64,000 bases of DNA from Synechococcus sp. GTDB lineage: Bacteria; Cyanobacteriota; Cyanobacteriia; PCC-6307; Cyanobiaceae. Under the pieces are notes generated by a model. It worked only from the letters and a program-made list of their open reading frames with translations, had not been told where the DNA came from and made no database searches. Within the stretch, counting starts at the first letter, position 1; each line of letters begins with the position of its first letter. The DNA lies in contig JBJBEO010000001.1 in NCBI GenBank assembly GCA_047284725.1, positions 1,496,203-1,560,202 on the forward strand, given 5' to 3'. Position numbers and translations under genes: made by a program. This document shows positions 59,771-64,000 of the stretch, one piece after another.

Positions 59771-59851
59771 GGGGTCAGGGCAAACGACGAACCCAACACC
59801 ACTGCTCAGGCCCAGACATTGTCTGCATTGATCGACCTGTTCCGATCTCGA

Positions 59852-60325
59852 TCAAGCCAGAACAGACGAGGCCAGGTGGCGTGCCTCTTGAAGAAATGCT
59901 CCGACTGCATGGGGGTCAGCCTTTGGTTGGGTCCCAGCTTCCACTTGGCGATAGAGGTCAGCCACGGACCACGCTCTCGTACGCCCATCAGACGCATGAC
60001 GGGGGATGAGATGGAGATGCAGGTGCTGAGCCCCTTCACCAAAGGCGATGGCGTAAACGCGATCGCATCCACTCACCCGTTTCACCAATGAAGACGCGCG
60101 TTGAACCATGGTCCCCCACTCGCTGGCTTCCAACGCAGTGAAGTCGATCGGCCCGCAGAGGTGGCGTTTGGCATCGAGCAGGCACCAACCAACGAGAGGA
60201 GCGGGCATCGGGTGATGGCGCAACAACCAATGGGGGGAGTCCCAGATCACAGCGGGCGCGAGGGAGGAGGCATCAGCATGCAGACGGCAAATGCCGCATG
60301 GTTGGCGATCAGCGCTCTCAGCCAT
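59852..60325 (-). CDS. HIT family protein
   Basis: CGIC, KRH and FGEGAQHLHLHLIPR. Confidence 0.88.
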   Translation of the reverse strand: MAESADRQPCGICRLHADASSLAPAVIWDSPHWLLRHHPMPAPLVGWCLLDAKRHLCGPIDFTALEASEWGTMVQRASSLVKRVSGCDRVYAIAFGEGAQHLHLHLIPRHASDGRTRAWSVADLYRQVEAGTQPKADPHAVGAFLQEARHLASSVLA

Positions 60326-60613
60326 GACCATCAAGGCTCCATGCCTGCATGCTGAGCGATTTTCCCAAGCTCGGCAGCGATTAAACCCGAGGGGAACGGA
60401 CGCTGACGGATCGAGGATCCGCAGATCAGCAACCCCTCGGACACCAAAGCCAAACCAAAACGCATTTATTCACAAAAAGACGCGCTTGCAGGGGCAAGAG
60501 CCGCCCCACGCCAACCCTCTAAGACAACTCTCAGCAGCTCCTCCGAAATCTTTGGGCTTTTGCAGGGCCCGAGAGCGATAGTGTTCTGTCAACAGCCTTG
60601 CGCGTTGTTGACA

Positions 60614-60808
60614 ATGAACGAACACAAGAAAGACATTTCACGGCATGCTCACAAGGTTGTTGAGGCCTACCTTGCCTACAGAGATCAGCCAAACCTGCAC
60701 GCCAACAACACACTGATCGAATCGCTCGATAAGCTCACTCAACTGCATGGTCATAATCCAAATCATGACCCTCAACACCCCGCCAAACCGATATCAATCG
60801 CCTGCTGA
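60614..60808 (+). CDS. Hypothetical protein
   Basis: Short His-rich ORF with no recognised family. Confidence 0.35.
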   Translation: MNEHKKDISRHAHKVVEAYLAYRDQPNLHANNTLIESLDKLTQLHGHNPNHDPQHPAKPISIAC

Positions 60809-61439
60809 CCAAAAATAGACGCATTAATTTTTAGAACAAAGGCATAAAAAGGTATTGGCAATTCATTTAATTGCAAGTTAGTTTTTACTCATAGCATTTT
60901 ACTAATTATTAATTGATAGCTATTGTCTTCAGCTTCAGCAGCAGCATCTAGCTTTTTACCCTTAAATTCACATCAAACCTTGCATGTCAAGTTCTTTCTT
61001 GAGATAGATTGTTCTAACCAGGGAAGATTTCCAACCAGCCAACGGCGCGAACTATAGAAATTCCCACAGGAACGAAGTGTGCTTGCGGCCATAGCCATCA
61101 AGAATGGCCTGGGTGAGTCTGAAACGTTCAAGAAGCCTGAATTGCAGCATGGTGCTGACGCCCTCGACCGTTACAGCTGCAGCTGTTGTTGCATGAGCCC
61201 TGATGGTTTGTGCTCTCAGCCAACCCTGAAACCATTGTGAACGCCGGTTCATCGAGAGCGATCGGCGCGATGTCGACGCATGCTGACTGCTTGCGCCAGG
61301 GGAACTGCTCACCTCTGAGATTGCCCAAGCCGATCAAGCAAGCTCCACCGGATCGCCACAACCTGTCATGATCCCCCGAAAGGGTGCATGCATCAAGCCA
61401 ATTCGACCAATAAAACCAACAAGCAATGGGTTTCATCCC

Positions 61440-62444
<1,005 letters not shown>

Positions 62445-62487
62445 TGACTTGATCCATGCCAACGTCGCATGGCGACAGCATTGCAAC

Positions 62488-62511
62488 GCCCCTGCCAGTG
62501 CAGGGGCTTTT
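62488..62511 (+). terminator. Intrinsic terminator after gap
   Basis: GCCCCTGC-CAGT-GCAGGGGC-TTTT. Confidence 0.75.
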
Positions 62512-62553
62512 GATTTGATCTGAATTCCTCGGAAGTGATCAGACAACAGCAAC

Positions 62554-62583
62554 AAAAAGCCCCCACCGGACGGCGGGGGCTTT
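62554..62583 (-). terminator. Intrinsic terminator after the psbA remnant
   Basis: On the minus strand, AAAGCCCCC...GGGGGC-TTTTT. Confidence 0.75.
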
Positions 62584-62636
62584 GCGATTCAACCGAAGCT
62601 GACGATCTGGACGATGGCAGCTTCAGGCTGTTTCGA

Positions 62637-62966
62637 TCAACCAATGGCGGGAGCCTGCAGAGCCACAGGAGTGGACTCGGCAGCAGCCAGGTCGAGGGGG
62701 AAGTTGTGAGCGTTGCGCTCGTGCATCACTTCCATGCCGAGGTTGGCGCGGTTCAGCACATCAGCCCAGGTGTTGAGCACCTTGCCCTGCGAATCCAGGA
62801 TGGACTGGTTGAAATTGAAACCGTTCAGGTTGAACGCCATGGTGCTGACGCCCATAGAGGTGAACCAGATGCCAACGACAGGCCAAGCCCCCAGGAAGAA
62901 GTGAAGGCTGCGGCTGTTGTTGAAGGACGCGTATTGGAAGACCTAGCGACCGAAGTCACCGTAGGG
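62637..62966 (-). pseudogene. psbA: 3' fragment of photosystem II D1 (about residue 251 to the C-terminus)
   Basis: [54 protein letters not shown]...[13 protein letters not shown]...APAIG. The 5' two-thirds of the gene is absent. Confidence 0.95.
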
Positions 62967-64000
62967 CAAGGTCATCAGAAGTTTGCTGCTGATCCACCAA
63001 CTGAGCAAATGCCTGTTGACAAGCCCACCGCAAAGGAAACCAAGGCGATGAGTTGGACAACTCATAAAGCAGTTCCAGCTGATCATCAAGCTGCAACTCA
63101 ACGCACGCCCAAGCAGCAGCAATCCTGGATTTTGTGTACTGAGGCGTAGTTTCGGCCAAAGCAGATCGAACCAGATAGCTTTTCTCGTGAATAGCGCGCA
63201 AGCCAATGACACAAGTCAAGTAGTAATGCGTGACGTAATCTGACCACAAACGTTCTTGCATACTGTCAATCAATTCAAGGCATTCACGGCGATCTATCTG
63301 CATCAAGCTTGCCGCAGCTCCATACTGACGAGCCTCATCACGATGGCTCAGATTTCGCTCAATATCCTCTGGATTTAGCGTACACTTCCATTCATCATCG
63401 AGATCCAGGAGCAACGGATCGTCTAACAAAAGGCGCTTAAAAAGCTTTTGATATTTCTCTGTCTTCAGCAAGTCACCATCTTCGTCAACCTGCAAAAAAC
63501 TCTTCGCCCTTAACGACATTGAAACTGGCGCCCTAACCAAGCCAAACAGAAGGCTGTGATCGCCAGAGTCCCCAATGTCGATAACTGCTGAACGCCGTTT
63601 ACCAGCAACGAGATCCGTTAACTGTGATAGCAACGGCTGCATCAGATATTTTTCTCCGTACAACTTAGAAAGGCAAGATCGAGCAGCACCAGAGACCAAG
63701 GCACTTTCATGATCGCAGAGCTCCCTGATTCGAGATTTAGACGCTGCGCTCTTAATCGACAGTCTCCCAAAGGCTTGAATGACAGCTCGAGACTGAGTTA
63801 CATTCTCACCGTCAAGCAGGCGCAAGAGCTGATCATGCTCCACATGGGACGGAGACCATCCAATTCTGATTAATGCTGAGATCGCATTAATTACAGCCTC
63901 AGTATCGGTGCAGCCCAAAACATCAACGAGAGCAGAGACAGCCTTGGCATCTTTCCTACGCCCTAAAGCTTCAATCGCCTTTCGTCGCGTTATTCTATCA
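62956..64000 (-). CDS. mpeZ: E/F-type HEAT-repeat phycoerythrin-II bilin lyase-isomerase (MpeQ/W/Y/Z family, probably MpeZ), 5'-partial
   Basis: RITRRKAIEALGRR, AGKRRSAVID, HRDEARQYG, LWSDYVTHYYL and PQYTKSRIAAAW. The frame is open to the window end. The family call is firm; the paralogue call is inferred. Confidence 0.7.
   Translation of the reverse strand, partial: DRITRRKAIEALGRRKDAKAVSALVDVLGCTDTEAVINAISALIRIGWSPSHVEHDQLLRLLDGENVTQSRAVIQAFGRLSIKSAASKSRIRELCDHESALVSGAARSCLSKLYGEKYLMQPLLSQLTDLVAGKRRSAVIDIGDSGDHSLLFGLVRAPVSMSLRAKSFLQVDEDGDLLKTEKYQKLFKRLLLDDPLLLDLDDEWKCTLNPEDIERNLSHRDEARQYGAAASLMQIDRRECLELIDSMQERLWSDYVTHYYLTCVIGLRAIHEKSYLVRSALAETTPQYTKSRIAAAWACVELQLDDQLELLYELSNSSPWFPLRWACQQAFAQLVDQQQTSDDLALR

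Noticed and set aside
62637..62855. 72-aa ORF as a functional mini-D1
   Set aside because: It starts at an internal Met of a truncated gene and has no evident RBS or promoter, so I treat it as a pseudogene.

Overview
This window is picocyanobacterial chromosome, most consistent with a marine Synechococcus. The evidence is hli genes, Yfr2 sRNA, a glutamine-II riboswitch, DUF3136/DUF1651/DUF3721 genes, and an MpeQ/W/Y/Z-family bilin lyase. 0.9-21.4 kb: a CHASE-PAS-PAS-(degenerate GGDEF)-EAL protein, ppsA, a complete bidirectional [NiFe]-hydrogenase operon hoxEFUYH-hoxW-hypABFCDE, and a P-type ATPase. 24.7-29.1 kb: a metal block with a Mn/Fe-type ABC transporter and petJ, plus two identical 117-bp cobalamin riboswitches, one before a DUF3721 gene and one before hupE/ureJ. 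29.2-31.4 kb: Yfr2, an adjacent structured RNA, and an NtcA box with a glutamine-II riboswitch before a DUF4278 gene. 31-60 kb: many small conserved cyanobacterial genes and a stand-alone EAL gene with a structured leader. 60.8-64 kb: an island-like edge with a disrupted glycolytic gap, a 3' psbA remnant, and an overlapping, probably mpeZ-type, lyase-isomerase gene that runs off the window. I saw no rRNA, tRNA, CRISPR array, transposase or integrase. All family calls come from motif recognition by eye, not from database searches.
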